This document shows positions 51,553 through 64,000 of a stretch of DNA of 64,000 nucleotides, piece after piece (positions within the stretch are counted from its first letter, which is position 1; every line of letters begins with the position of its first letter). The notes beneath the pieces were generated by a model that saw only the letters and a program-made list of their open reading frames with translations, did not search any database and was not told the DNA's origin. The position numbers and the translations under genes were made by a program. Origin of the DNA: Lama glama (lineage: Eukaryota); assembly GCA_028534125.1 (NCBI GenBank), contig CM052816.1, forward strand, positions 66,900,001 through 66,964,000, read 5' to 3'.

Positions 51553-52714
51553 AAGAGCCAAGAGTCTGGCTCTTCAACTAATTTTTCACTTTTTAACTGA
51601 ATGGCTGGGGTAGAAAAGTTATATCCACTTACTTGTTTTATTTCTGAAAGTTAGAGAGATTTGCAAATCTCAAGAAAAAAAAAAACATTGTGTCAACAGT
51701 GTTGTCTTAAAAAAGCATAGTGCCTGACAACATTATCCAGGATTTTGGCATTTCTCATTACAAAGTTAATTCAACGACTGTCAGTACAACAGGTCTACTC
51801 ATCACAGCTACATCACAATATCTACAAATCATAACTGGATTCTATAATTGACATTCTTGCTAGAAAGGTATTTCTATAACATGCTGTAATGAATGTACAA
51901 ACTGTTCAAGTTTAAGGTTAGGAAATACAACAGAAATAAATCTCTTTTAATATGGTTATAGTCTAACTTTTAATATGGAAAAATACAATGACCATAATTC
52001 TTTAGTATTTGTAGAATGCTCAGCTTAAAGATTTGGGGGAAATATTTATACAGAACTGCCCTTTTTATTTGAAATAACTCAAGTTGCCGAAGATGTTGTC
52101 AAAGGATTGCATTTGCTGGCTGATCATTTCTTAGATTATAACACTTGTTGTAGACATACTTAAAATATATTGAATAAGCTATTTTAAATAGAGAAAAAAT
52201 ATTAAGTATTGCATTCAATAATATGCTAGGCATGTTTTAAAATATCAGACCCATCAACCTCCTTCTCATAAAAAAGATCTGTACCTTACAATTTATTGTG
52301 TTATGGTCAAATGGTATACTTTATAGGTAGGTTCTGATAGAGTAATAATTCTCAGATTAAAACCTGAATTTGTTTGTACAGTTTGAAACTCATTTACCTT
52401 TAAAGGTATAATCAGATCTCCGTGATACTACCCAGATCGAAGAGAAGACAGTTTAATCTTACCCTCAAATATACCCTATAAATTTCATATCAAACTCTGT
52501 CATTACCATCAAAACTTGGAACACTTGCAGAAAAACTCAACTTTGTAACTTCCCAGAGAACCAATATATGCTTAATACATTATTGTGGCTCAACAAAACC
52601 AAGTGCCAAATTATATCTGCAGCTGTAATTTCACTGATAAGTCAATAGCTTCAAGATGATGACATTTAAAACACAGTTGAATTATCAAGATGGAGATCTA
52701 TCTGGAACAAATGG

Positions 52715-52945
52715 TTATGGGCTTTGGAGTCAGAAAGACTATGGTTCTCATGCTGGTATCGCCACGTTTTTAGCTGTTAAGAGCTCAATGGAGTTAATTA
52801 AATTTTCTGAGTGTACTTTCCCTATTTGGGAAATGAAGAGGATAACTCTTACTTTGTAGGCTATTGGAGGAGTTAAATGAAACAAGGAAGGTAGTTCACC
52901 TGGCACAGAAGCTGGGATTTACAGGCTCTCAATAAATGGTGACTG
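52715..52945 (+). mobile_element. MIR SINE
   Basis: atgggctttggagtcagaaagac...ttaaattttctgagtgtactttccctatttgggaaatgaagaggataa...cctggcacagaag...ctcaataaatggt. Confidence 0.8.
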
Positions 52946-55900
52946 TTACATACAGAAGAAGAGCGAGTGGCTGGAGAGAAGTGAGCAGGTAGCTGGTCAG
53001 TTGCACAATCAAGACCAGCTCTCCCAACCTCCATGAAGGGCTCTGTCCACTGCAGTAGGCATTCCTCCCCAGTACAGGTCAGAGCTGCCAAACACCAGCA
53101 CCGTACTAGGGTGAGGCACTCCTGCAACCCTGGCCCAGCACCAAGCATTTGAGATCTTTTTGATCCTTCCACACCAACCTTGGGGCATTTCTGTATTTGC
53201 ATGTGCTCTCAGCCATTTGTGGTCAGCCAGGGCATGCCTATGGAATTCCTCTTCCTGGAATAGCTGACTAATGGCAAAGCATGCTCCATTTGTCAAGTTG
53301 CAGTGGAAAAAAATACCAATCATGCTCTGACTTGCAGGGTGGCCTCAGACTCTGGAGGTGAACTGCCCCTCGGGGCATACTGACTTTCATCCATCCTCCT
53401 TTCCAGCCACCTGGCAGATTCCTACCCATCCTTCACAGGTAACCCAAACTCCCCCTTCTATCTACAGCCTTCCCTGATCTCTGTGTCAGGAACAATTGAG
53501 ATAACTCCACCCCTGAGCTTGTACGATACTGTACACAACTCTATTACATGGCGATTTTAATGTAGTCTTCTAACTATCTGCTTACATAACAGTCAGCCTC
53601 TGCAATGGTTATTAACTATTTTTTTACGTTAATCCCTTTAAGGATTGCTTTAAATCTTGGATTTTCCTCACTAAGGTGCATGCATGCACACACACACACA
53701 TACACACACAAGCACGCACACACACACACACCCCCTAGGAGGATTACAGGCATCTTGAAAAAGTCATTCCCTCTTAGGAATCTGTGGAGCCAATGTTAGG
53801 AGCCCATTCAAGTCTTTGTGCATCTTTTTTAATGTTTTCCCTGCAAATCACAGTGACTGGCACATGGTAGGCCCTTGATAAATGAGTGAATAAGTGAATG
53901 AACAAGTAACAGTCTCCCTAAGAGAAATGCAAGATTTTTCCTAAAAATATATGCAGAGAATCCATAATTATCTCAGAGGAAACTAGATGTTAGAGAGTCT
54001 CTGGAGGAGTTGTGATCAACTCATGCAAGGCTTTCTAGATTCACTGATCTAATCCTATTCTGATTCTCTTTCTAATGCTGCTCTATGGTGAAGACCACGG
54101 ATAGTGGGCAAAATTAGTTACACTCAGTTTCTGAAATACAAGCTTCAGCAATTTTTCACAGGGGCACAGGTTAAATGAGGGGAGATTATTTCCCCCTTTG
54201 GTCCTCTCTTTCTATTATAGACCATTCAAAGGCAAACGGAGATTAATGGGTTTTGCCTTTTTGGAAAAATGGTGAAACTTCATCTGCTGGTCTATCCTCA
54301 CACATGTGTCCCATCTGTTGCTGTGACGTGGGATTAGAGCTACGGGCTCCACCTTGAAGGAGGCAAGGACCCAGGAGAAGGCTCCCCAGGGGTTGCAGTA
54401 AAAGGTTGGGGTGTGGTGAGGTATGGAGGGCATTTAGTTCTGCTTCATTATAATGCCCAGGAGCTCCCTGCCTATGAACAGAGCTCATTCTCTCCCATTC
54501 TGACAGGAGAGGCTCTCCCATGCTAAGAATTAAACCTGGCTTCCAACTGTCAGTATGGCTAAGTCCTTGGAAAAGGGGCTTTTCAACCTAGAAGAAAAAA
54601 AATCCCCCCTTTGTCATTTCTATGGCATTGTTTTAAGGCACAGAAATTCTTTCCTCTTCAGTTTTTTTACAACACACCTGCTGGAATAAGCCTCAATTTG
54701 TTTAAGAAAAAAAACTGAGAGGAAAGAAAGAGATAATACAAAATTATTTTCCTAAGATAGTGAACTTCGCCGCCTCCCAAGCGCCACTGGCAAACCCTTA
54801 ACCTCTGCTGCTTCTGGATGAATGCCTGGTACTGAGAACTCTGCTCAGTCCTCCTGTGAGCAGCTAGAGGTCCCTAGTGGAAACCCAGAGCAAGCACAGC
54901 TGCTGTCAGGTAGGGCAGGCTGGGAGGCCCCATCCAGCACATGGCCAAGGAGAACTGATCGCAGCAGCCACCAACCAAAGGCATAAATGTGTGGGTTGAC
55001 TAGAGTTCTATTCACCTCATGTCGCCGACTTCAAGGATCTTGAGAAGCTGGAGAGTTGGTTGGGATCAGACTTTGAAAAGGAAAGAATAGGAAGCTGGTC
55101 CTTGCTTCTTTCTCCTTCTTGCCTGCCTGGAAACTGCATTTCTAGTTAGCAAGGTTAGAACTCTCCAGAGCTCTGAGTATATTACTAATGTGAGGCAGGA
55201 GTGGTGCGAGACTATATAAATGAGTACACAGTTGTCGAGAGCAGGAGGTCTGTAAATATCCAAGCTCCATGACAACAGAAGGATGGGAAGCCCCCCTCAC
55301 CCACAAGATATCCAAGTGCCACACCATCCCCTTGTCAGGCATCACAGTGTTTTAGTATCTTCTCCTTTTTCCTTTTTTCAAAAGGGGAGAGCCACGTGAT
55401 TCTTTTCACAGAGAAACAACAAGCAAGGATAGAGAAAACCATTACTGGGCTTCATTTTTTTATATGTGTGTATGGCCAACAATTTAATTTCAGTGAGAAA
55501 GATGCTCCTCACGCATAGTCAATGGTAGCTTTTAAACCTAACCCTGCTGTTTGGAAAGACATTCTGTGCTGCTGAATAATTTAGGGACCTTTCTGTTTTC
55601 CACCCTTGGGAATAGAATGTGATTTTACTGCAGTATAAAAAAGTAAGGGTGCTGTGGGGAAAAACTGACTTTTTCCCCACAGGGTGCTGGTAAAGTCACA
55701 GAGAAGAAAGCTGAGGTAATTTGGAAAATGGGTGGTTTGATCTTGCCAGTTTCGATTGTACTCAGCAAATCCAAAACCTGCTCCTGGCAGCTGCCTCTAA
55801 CAGTGAGTGGACTGCTGTGGAGCTCTGAGGGCAAGGAGAGGGGTTTTTTATCACCTCCATTGGCAAGGGTGAGATGTGTCATAATGATGAATATAAAGTC

Positions 55901-57239
55901 AGCTTATTTTGAAGTTGACAGTAGGAAATCAAACAATCTGCTAAAAGAGTTAAAGGGAAACATTACTGAAATAGGAGGATTTTTATAGTCATAACAACAA
56001 CAAATACCTCTAAGCACTGCGTCTAGGCCTCTATTCAGATTGTTTTAAGCCTCCACCTTAGGCACCTCTACAACACTGTGGAGCTCTTTACTTGTACTGC
56101 TAAGAAATCTGGTCATTCTTTGTGGAGTGTCTATATTTCCTGTTGGAATAAATACTCTCATGTGTGGGAATAGCAACCCTACACCACCTGTTGTCTGGGA
56201 TGCCTGGTACAGTGTAATGCTCATCAAATATTTGTGAATTCTATTCATAATTGACACAAGAATGTAACACAATGATTTGTTTTCAAAAAGGATACTACTC
56301 ATTATTTCAAAAAGAATACCAAAGAAATTTGACCGTTTCTATCAGATTGATGTTTTTACATTGGTGGACCATATGGCTAGAAACAAAATGGGTTCTAGTC
56401 CAAATATTTCATGGAAAGAGAAAGAAACTGAAAAGAAAAATCCCAGGAAATAGCCTCACTCTCTTAATAGCCATTATCTCACCTGTTCCTCCCAACAGCC
56501 CCCTGAAGGAGATAAGTTATTTTACCCACTTCACAGAAGAAGAAAAGTGAAGGAATTTTAAGAAGCAAGGGCAGCCTTCACCCAGTCCATGTGACCCAAA
56601 CAAAAACCATAATCATCAGGCTTTATTTAAGGAGGGAGAGGAGTTCGTTTAAATCTAGCAACATGTATTCTTAACATGGAAGAACAGTTTGGGATGGAAG
56701 CATGGAGTAAAGCTATACGGAACCAGGAGGGGCTAGAAGGCCTAGTTCCAGGCAAAGAGAAACATGGAACAGAATGTGTTAAAGAAGCCAACTATCTTCA
56801 ATTCTCACTTCAGCATCATATTGACCCTGGTTACAGGCCAGAAAGCTGCGGGAAACCACATCAATATTTAGGGGCCTACCCACCAATGGTTCCACTGAAT
56901 CTCAATCATCAGCAATCCTAACTTCAAAATGAATAAAGACCTGTTAAAACATGAAAATAATTACAAATCTATATTCTGGTGCTGTTTGGAGGCAGGCCTG
57001 CCCTTCTAGGGAAGAGGCTTCCATAGATAACTCTGGATCAGAACTCATGTGTCCAGAATCATGCAATGGCATTCCAGCTCTCAGAAAAAAAGACTTGGCC
57101 TGGCCAGGACCTACAGGGCCCCACAGGAGCCAGCCCCCAGGTCCCCCTTGCCTCATCTCCTCCACACTTAGTCTGCTCTAGCCACACCCACCTCCTCAAT
57201 GTTCTTAGAACTTCCCCCATATATCCAAATATGCACCTG

Positions 57240-57550
57240 GCTAACCCCTCTCTTCCCTGAGGTCTCTTCCTGGGAAACCCGATCTAAAATTGTACGCACT
57301 TCCACATCACACTGCTTCCCTCTCCCTGATCCCAACATTTCCTAATCTCCCATCTGCTTTATTGTTTTCTCCTTAATTTTAGTCACTATCAAACAGGAGA
57401 TATTTACTAGCTATCTTGATATTGTCTCTCTCCCTTACGGGGATATACGCTTATCAGGGCAGGCATTTGTACCGATTTTATTAGGCATGTCCCTCTCACA
57501 GCACCCAGCACATAACAGGTGCTCAGAGATGTTGGTTGAGTGGGTGGATG
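57240..57550 (+). mobile_element. L2 3' fragment
   Basis: attgtctctctccc...cagggcaggcatttg...cacagcacccagcacataacaggtgctcagagatgttggttgagtg. Confidence 0.7.
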
Positions 57551-58544
57551 GAATGCAGAGAAATTTGTCATCTCTCCTTCACAAAGTCCAGAGAAGCATG
57601 CACAGAGGCTGAGTTCCATCTTTGTGGCCCCAGAGGTTGCAGCAGACAGGTAGCAGTCTTTCCAGGTTCTGAGCCTGGAAGTTTTAAGACAGAGGCTGAT
57701 GCTTACAGGACAAATGAGAGGGAGCTTGAGAGGTGTGTTCTTTGCAGGAACTTTCTTTGGGCCATTTGTCTGTCCAATGCAGATGCAGGCTCTCTCGGGG
57801 AGTCCAGTTATTCTGTTTGGCTGGATTCATTCTCACAGACTCCACATGTGCCCAGAGAGAGCCCCAGGGCTTCTTTCTAGTCCATACCGGCTCCTCTGAA
57901 TGGCCACTGCAAGCCCCAGGGTACAGAGGGGTAGGACATGTCTGTGACACCTCAGGTCCCTCTTGGGAGAGGGAAGAGATCGGGTAGGGCTGTTGCAGTC
58001 TGGAGGATGCCTTTCCCAGAAAGGATGGAAAAAGGCCACAGACCAGACTGCTTGCCGTGTTCTCAGGGATACCCCTTTCAGACAAGTCTCAAAAACATGA
58101 AATTACATCTATCTTTAAAAGAATACATTTCACCATCTGCATTACCAGCTTACCTCTTTTAAGGGCTTCTGGTGGGTAACAGGAACCCAGGGTGACATAA
58201 CTTCAATATTAATTATCAGCTATCTTCCTATCAATGGATTACTTTACGGCAGCTTTTGTTTATTTGGGGGAAAAAAGACAAAGGTTTTTCAGGGGAAGTT
58301 GCTAGTTTAAACAGCAACACAGTTATTTTATTAGAATGTTTTTTTCTTAATTCTACTAAATCATACTCATATCTAGCTTAGATGCTAATTTTAGAAGAAA
58401 AACAAATGCATGCATGTTTTCCATATTTAAGTCATTCTTTAAATGGCAAGGAACACAAAACTGATTTTCCTAGCATCTAGGAATTATCTCCTATGCATCA
58501 AGGGCTTGATAAACATTTTCTTCATATATATATTTTAAAATGCC

Positions 58545-58587
58545 ATTTACACAACATTGTAAACTGACTATACCTCAAAAAAAAAAA
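58545..58587 (+). mobile_element. Extremely 5'-truncated L1 3' end (about 43 bp) with 9-bp TSD
   Basis: acacaacattgtaaactgactatacctc then A tail; TSD taaaatgcc at 58536-58544 and 58588-58596. Confidence 0.8.
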
Positions 58588-58689
58588 TAAAATGCCTAAG
58601 TTTATCTCAATTTGATGAAACCTTTCAAAGTTTGAATGTTAGAAGATTATTCACCCAAGCTTCTTGGAATGTGTCCTAATGTCTACAAG

Positions 58690-59225
58690 TATGCACGAGC
58701 CTGGACTTCCTCAGCCCTTTGTACATGCCTGCATTGTAGCAATTGGCACATCTTAATGCTCAGTTCCTCTGTGTGTCTTCTACACTAGAATGCAAGCTCC
58801 TCAAGGCTAATTTATCATTTCTTTCCCAAGCACCTTGGTGCCTGGCAACAGTATGTACTTGGTAAAATCATTCATTCAGTCAGTCATTCACTCAATCATC
58901 ATTTAAGGGCCTGGAACAGGTAAGTCACTCTCCAGATACAGAGCACATAGTGATGGACAAGGCTTCTAGGAGGGCCTAGTCCCTCCCCTGACAGAGCTCA
59001 TAGCCCAGGGACTGGGTGTGGAGGTAAGCAATTAAATAATTATGCAAACAATTACCAAAAGGGAGAAATGAGTTAAGATAACACACTTTAGGAGAACAAT
59101 GAGGGGACCAGTATTGTCCAAGGATCTGGCAAGGCTCCCCAGATGAAGTGACATTTATACTAAGACTGAAAGGATAAATCAGAGTAAGCCAGAAAGAGTG
59201 ATGGGAAGGAGTATTTCAGGTAGAG
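58690..59225. mobile_element. L2 fragments (sense then antisense)
   Basis: acactagaatgcaagctcctcaagg...gtgcctggca; then tcattcattcagtcag...ccctcccctgacagagctcatag...gaagtgacattt...gtatttcaggtagagg. Confidence 0.7.
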
Positions 59226-61274
59226 GAAAAAAACACATGACAAGATCTGGTATTCCCAAATTCCTGACACATTGTACTCTTCAAGATTCAGCAATGAGAA
59301 ATTCAAATCCCCAGCAATTCTCAGGAATTCCCAAATTGTAAGTATATTTTTAAAATAATCATGAGTGACCACAATACTAAGCAGTGAACAATAAACAGTG
59401 AATCATTTTTCAGTGATACAGTTACAACTAGCAGCTTCAAAGGCGTCTTGTAACTTCACTTTCAGAAAGCAGAACAATCTTTGGAGCTTTATACAAGCAG
59501 GGCTTAATGAATTTTTCAAAGAATGCCTTTAAGATATTAGGTCTGCCTGTTGAGAAACAAAAGCAAACAGAATAAGAGAAAGAGACAGACTTGCCAAAGA
59601 AATCAATACTGCAACTGTCATTAGAAGTCAAGTTTCAAATGGCTCCTCACTGTCAACTCATTGCGTGCCTCTCTCTTAAAATAAAATTGAAGTTCATTGG
59701 GGGCTAAGCAGTTCTGACACTGAGATGAAATGTACAATTCAAGAGCATGAGATGAAAACCACCTTAAATCTAGGTTTTTATGTCCACTGGTTTGGTGTTT
59801 GAACTCATAAAATATTTTGCCAAGTGCTAAAGAAGGATTTCCTAAGAAGCTTCAGATAATGTTCATGCTTAGAAGGCCACTAAATGGCTATATGTGTGTA
59901 ATTAGAATTGGTACTAGAGACAGGGAGAGAAGGGAAAATAGCTTGATATTATATAGAATAATTGGTAGTATATATATATATCATATACAGAGCAACTGAT
60001 ACATATGATATAACATATAAAAAATATAATACAATTGTCATTGTATATATCATGTATATGTGTATGGATATATACATATATCTCCAATTATCATTATAAT
60101 ACCAGTCTATCTTCTCTTCAATTACAGGTATTTATATGTTGATTCTCCTCAAGGTTCTTAATTATTTCCCACATCTACCCCTATTCTGAATTGAAGAGAA
60201 CAATTAAATATTAATAGGCCCTTAGTAATGGGAGCATTACATCCCAAAATGTTTAGCAGGAAACATAAAGCTTTTGTAGCTCTAAAACTGGTACATCTCA
60301 GAGTTACTCACCAACAAGCCAGCCCCTGCATTTATTTGAAACATGCCAAGAAATCTTAAACTTTTTGATGAGAACTCAGCTGAGCCCTTTGTCATTTCTG
60401 AGTCCCTAAACTGATCTACATATGGAGAGGGAAGATGTTCTTGCCAAATGTTTTGATCTACCTGAAATTAAAGTGAAATGCAATCTTTGGGGATTCGAGG
60501 GCGACTTCAAGCTGTCAACAAGCAACATCCTGGTTAAGGAACAGAACAACAGGAAAATACCACTCTCATGTCTCGGGAGAAATAGGAGGCTCAGATTAAG
60601 AGCAGGGTCTCCCATCTGCCACAGTGCTTAGAGCTCCGAGGAGTTTGGGGGCGGATCTGGAAAGTAATTGGGTAGCAAGACTGTACTAGGCCAAGAAGGA
60701 AGGCAATCAGGCATCTGGGGCCTCCATCTCACACTCTTACTCAGGCTTTGCACTTGAAAATGCAGTACCTTTCACCATTGGAAAGAAAAGACATGCCAGT
60801 GACAAAACTGGAACACTGCAGGGAAATTAATAACACTTGGCACTTTAGGTTTCCTGGGAGGATGTGTCACACATATTAAGTAGGCATGACACAGTTTAAC
60901 AGAACAGCCTGGATGGGCTCAAGCTGTTCATTTAAAGTTCCAGGTACCATAAGGAAGAGTCCTTTTGATGGGGAGACCTTAGCAGCCACCGAAAAGGCTT
61001 CCGGGAAGAGAGGAGATGAAGGAAGATGCTCTTTTGAGGAAATCTCAGCCTAAACTCAGAAAGGCTTACAAAGATTCTCCTACCATACACTTAAAGGACA
61101 CTTATGGGAATTGTGAGTGCTATTTTGCAGCAGAAAATTTTGCAGAAATGAAATTACATTGGAGGTAGAGTTGCACTGGAATTAACAAGCACAGAAAGCA
61201 CTAAGTAAGTGATACTGTTTTGCATAATCTGGGCATTGAGCAAATACACAGTAAGAGTATGGACTTACTCTACC

Positions 61275-61490
61275 ATGCAGTGTGGTTGCTACTGGCACAA
61301 ACTCTGATGCGAGGCAGACCTAGATTTCCCTTTTCAGCTCTGCCCCTTGCTAGCTGTGAGAACTTGGGCAAGTTACTTCACTTCTCTGAACTTCAGTTTC
61401 CTCGTCTGTCAAAAAGAGATTATTGCATTTACCTCATAGGGGAATTGAGAGAACTAAATTGTGCATCATATATAAAGAATCTGGTCTAGT
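61275..61490 (+). mobile_element. MIR SINE
   Basis: ggcagacctagattt...cagctctgccccttgctagctgtgagaacttgggcaagttacttcacttctctgaacttcagtttcctcgtctg. Confidence 0.9.
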
Positions 61491-61654
61491 GGCTGGTAGA
61501 TGGTAGTGAATAAAAAGTCAAGATAGATGAGTATCAATAGTCTTCCCTTTCACTGTGTTCAGATTATTTTACTTCTGAGGTGACAGCAGAAGTACCAGTA
61601 TTAGAAGTACTCGTAGTAGCAGTACTAGTCATAGTATTAACAGTCTGTTATATT

Positions 61655-61875
61655 AAGTACTTACCTATCATGTTGAGTACTGATCATATTATGATATGTT
61701 GCTCTATGCTCTCTATAAGTTCTTTAATATTTATACAACCTCATGTAATAAGAGGTAACCTACCCTTCGTGTGTTCAGAGGAACTCAGAAGTGAAAGAAT
61801 TTGTCTGAGGTCACACAGAGCTAGGAAGATGATGAGCTCAAATTGAAACCTTGGTCTGTCTTACTCTAAAGCCTA
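61655..61875 (-). mobile_element. MIR SINE
   Basis: cagaggaactcagaagtgaaagaatttgtctgaggtcacacagagctagg...aattgaaaccttggtctgtcttactctaaagcc. Confidence 0.75.
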
Positions 61876-64000
61876 GAATTTTCATGATGTGATTCCTAAA
61901 TAGTAGGGAAACACAGCGGGGATTAGTATTGCTGCCGACCAAGGGAGCTTAGAAATGCTGTCCAGGAGAGAAAGTATTTGAGCAGGGTCTTAGAGGATGG
62001 AGACCTGGACGGCTGGGCCCATAAGAGGGAGCCGAAACACGGGCCTTCCAAAGCAGTCCCACAGCAACCGCCAGAGAATCACAGGATGTTGAACTAACTC
62101 TTTCTGTTGCCCTGGAATTTTGGCAGAGATTCAAAGGCCAAGAACAAAATAGCAGATACCACATATCTGCAGAGTCTCAAGTAGGGTACTAAACTATATC
62201 AAAAAGATTAGGAGAGAACTGGGCCCAAGCCAGTGCTTCCAGAAATAGGTAATTACCCCTCCAACTATATAAAGGTTGAGGTTGAAAAAAATCAAAAGAA
62301 AAAGTTGCTGAGTATTTTACTTCTCCCCGGATGAAGGCAGGAAAGAGTTGCGGCCTTGCTTCAAACCTGGTGCAACAGGTTGAAAAGGGACTAACAGGAG
62401 AGCCTGACACACTTCTCCAGGATTCTGGAGGACACAGGGACTGGTGTTTGGAAAACATCTGAAGGTGAAAGACTGGACAGTGAAAAGGTGAAAGAAAGAC
62501 TTTGTTCTTTTGTAACAAAGAACAGGAGAGCTGGGTGGGATGTGAGGTATTTTCTTCACCCGTGCCTTGCCAAAGGGGTTGATTTCTCTATTTCTAGATG
62601 TGAATCCTCAAGAAAAAAACCCACTTTGACTCAATCCAAAAGAGATCCTCCTCAAGGGACTTCAAGTCTCCTGCAGTGAAGTGGTCCTGGAGAAGCCCAA
62701 GGGATGAGGTGGACAGTTGTAAAGTGATCAGCAGATGAGAACTATTACTCATAAAATTTACTGCAGCCTTAGATCTTGAGCAAAGGATCTCATAAATGTA
62801 TCCCCCAAAAGAAAGAGACACCAGTCACAAGTCCCTTATCCAGAGGGTAGAAACACAGGTGACAGGTAGACTAGCCTGACTAGCCTTGCTCACTTTCTCC
62901 CTACTTGCTAATTGCCCTTTCTGATGCCTACATGGACAAGACCTTTTAAACTGGATCGAATACTTCGATTCTTGAAAATTAATTGTAGTCTTTTTTATTA
63001 TGTAAGAGTGACTGGAAAAGATAGTTCATTCAGGTACCAGAACAATGCTTTATGTAGCCTACATTTGAGAGCGAGTTAGAAAGTATAAAGTTGCTTTTGG
63101 TCTTGTATTCTACTGAGACCAGCTAATAGAATAAAACATCGGTGAGAACCATGCAAACTCTTTACCTACCACATATTTTCCTCATCTTTTTGCCAAGTCT
63201 CTTCATCAATCCATGTAGGCTTTGGGTTTGATTTTTGTCCTTAGTCACTTTTCTTGTTAAGTTCTACAACCTGGTGTGTCACATAGATTCCTCTCTTTTA
63301 TCACCTCTCAAACTGGCTTAGTTTTGCCACATCCATACTAAACATTGTCTGAATGACATAAAGGAGAAAATGGTTTTTGGTGAGGGGGTAATCTGTGATG
63401 ATATCTGAATGCTAGGTTGGGTCCTTATTTTGAAGGGATATGAATGCCATGGTAAAAAATTATTTTTTCCCTTCGCAGATCTAAAGAGATTCTGGAGGAT
63501 TTTAACCTGAGCAGTGACATATAATTATATTTAGGGATTTCCAGCTTTGATCATTTTTGGCAGGAAGTGTGAGGAATATACTGAATAAGGAAGAAACTAG
63601 AAATAGGAACATCAAGTAAGAGGTAACCCTGAGATAAACAGCCTATAAAATTAATAGAAGAAAAATTAAAATTCTCCAATGACCTATCTAAAGGCAGGTA
63701 ATGAAGTGCAGTAAGCATATTAATAATGAAGGAACAGACTAATAAATTGAGCTGGATCATCATCTGAAAATAAAGATTTTGATGTGAGCTGCAGAATATG
63801 TATTGACTGATAAATTGGTATTCTGGTGCTTGAAACCATCACAAATTTTATTTTCATGCATTATTTTGGAATCCTGGATTATAAATTTCAGTGCAATTTT
63901 CTGTCTCATGGACTTAATTCAGAGGGCATGGATCTTCTTACAAGGTTAGGAAAATTAAAAATGGCTTCATGTCTCCTAACCATCTGCTGTCCTTTGGCCA

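Noticed and set aside
57400..58162. Stack of overlapping ORFs on both strands
   Set aside because: Locally higher GC and partial L2 origin reduce stop frequency; no frame looks like a known protein.
1..64000. CRISPR arrays, operons, tRNA/rRNA/snRNA genes, CpG-island promoter, or a novel multi-gene system
   Set aside because: The sequence is eutherian repeat-rich DNA; I saw no regularly spaced repeat-spacer array, long ORFs, structural RNA matches or true CpG island.

Overview
AT-rich mammalian (eutherian) genomic DNA, most likely intronic or intergenic, with no protein-coding gene that I can recognise. It is dominated by old interspersed repeats (MIR, L2, MLT1/MLT2/MER21/LTR16-type LTRs, MER5, MER104, a MARNA mariner remnant and a 1.9-kb L1 ORF2/3'UTR relic). 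It also carries six short, 5'-truncated, poly(A)-tailed L1 3' ends of the cetartiodactyl type with target-site duplications. I saw no Alu, B1, Bov-A/tA, PRE-1, CHR or Can-SINE, which points (inference) to a camelid genome. The clearest gene-derived element is a 5'-truncated processed retrocopy resembling the HMGN2 3'UTR (~32250-32587). Structural oddities include a 52-bp near-perfect direct repeat 1.87 kb apart, a 34-bp TSD, a twin-primed inverted L1 and a hairpin-bearing insert inside L1. There are also several unverified candidate exons or micro-ORFs and motif clusters. I found no convincing evidence of a novel multi-gene system. Repeat-family names come from recalled consensus motifs, and repeat boundaries are approximate (tens of bp).
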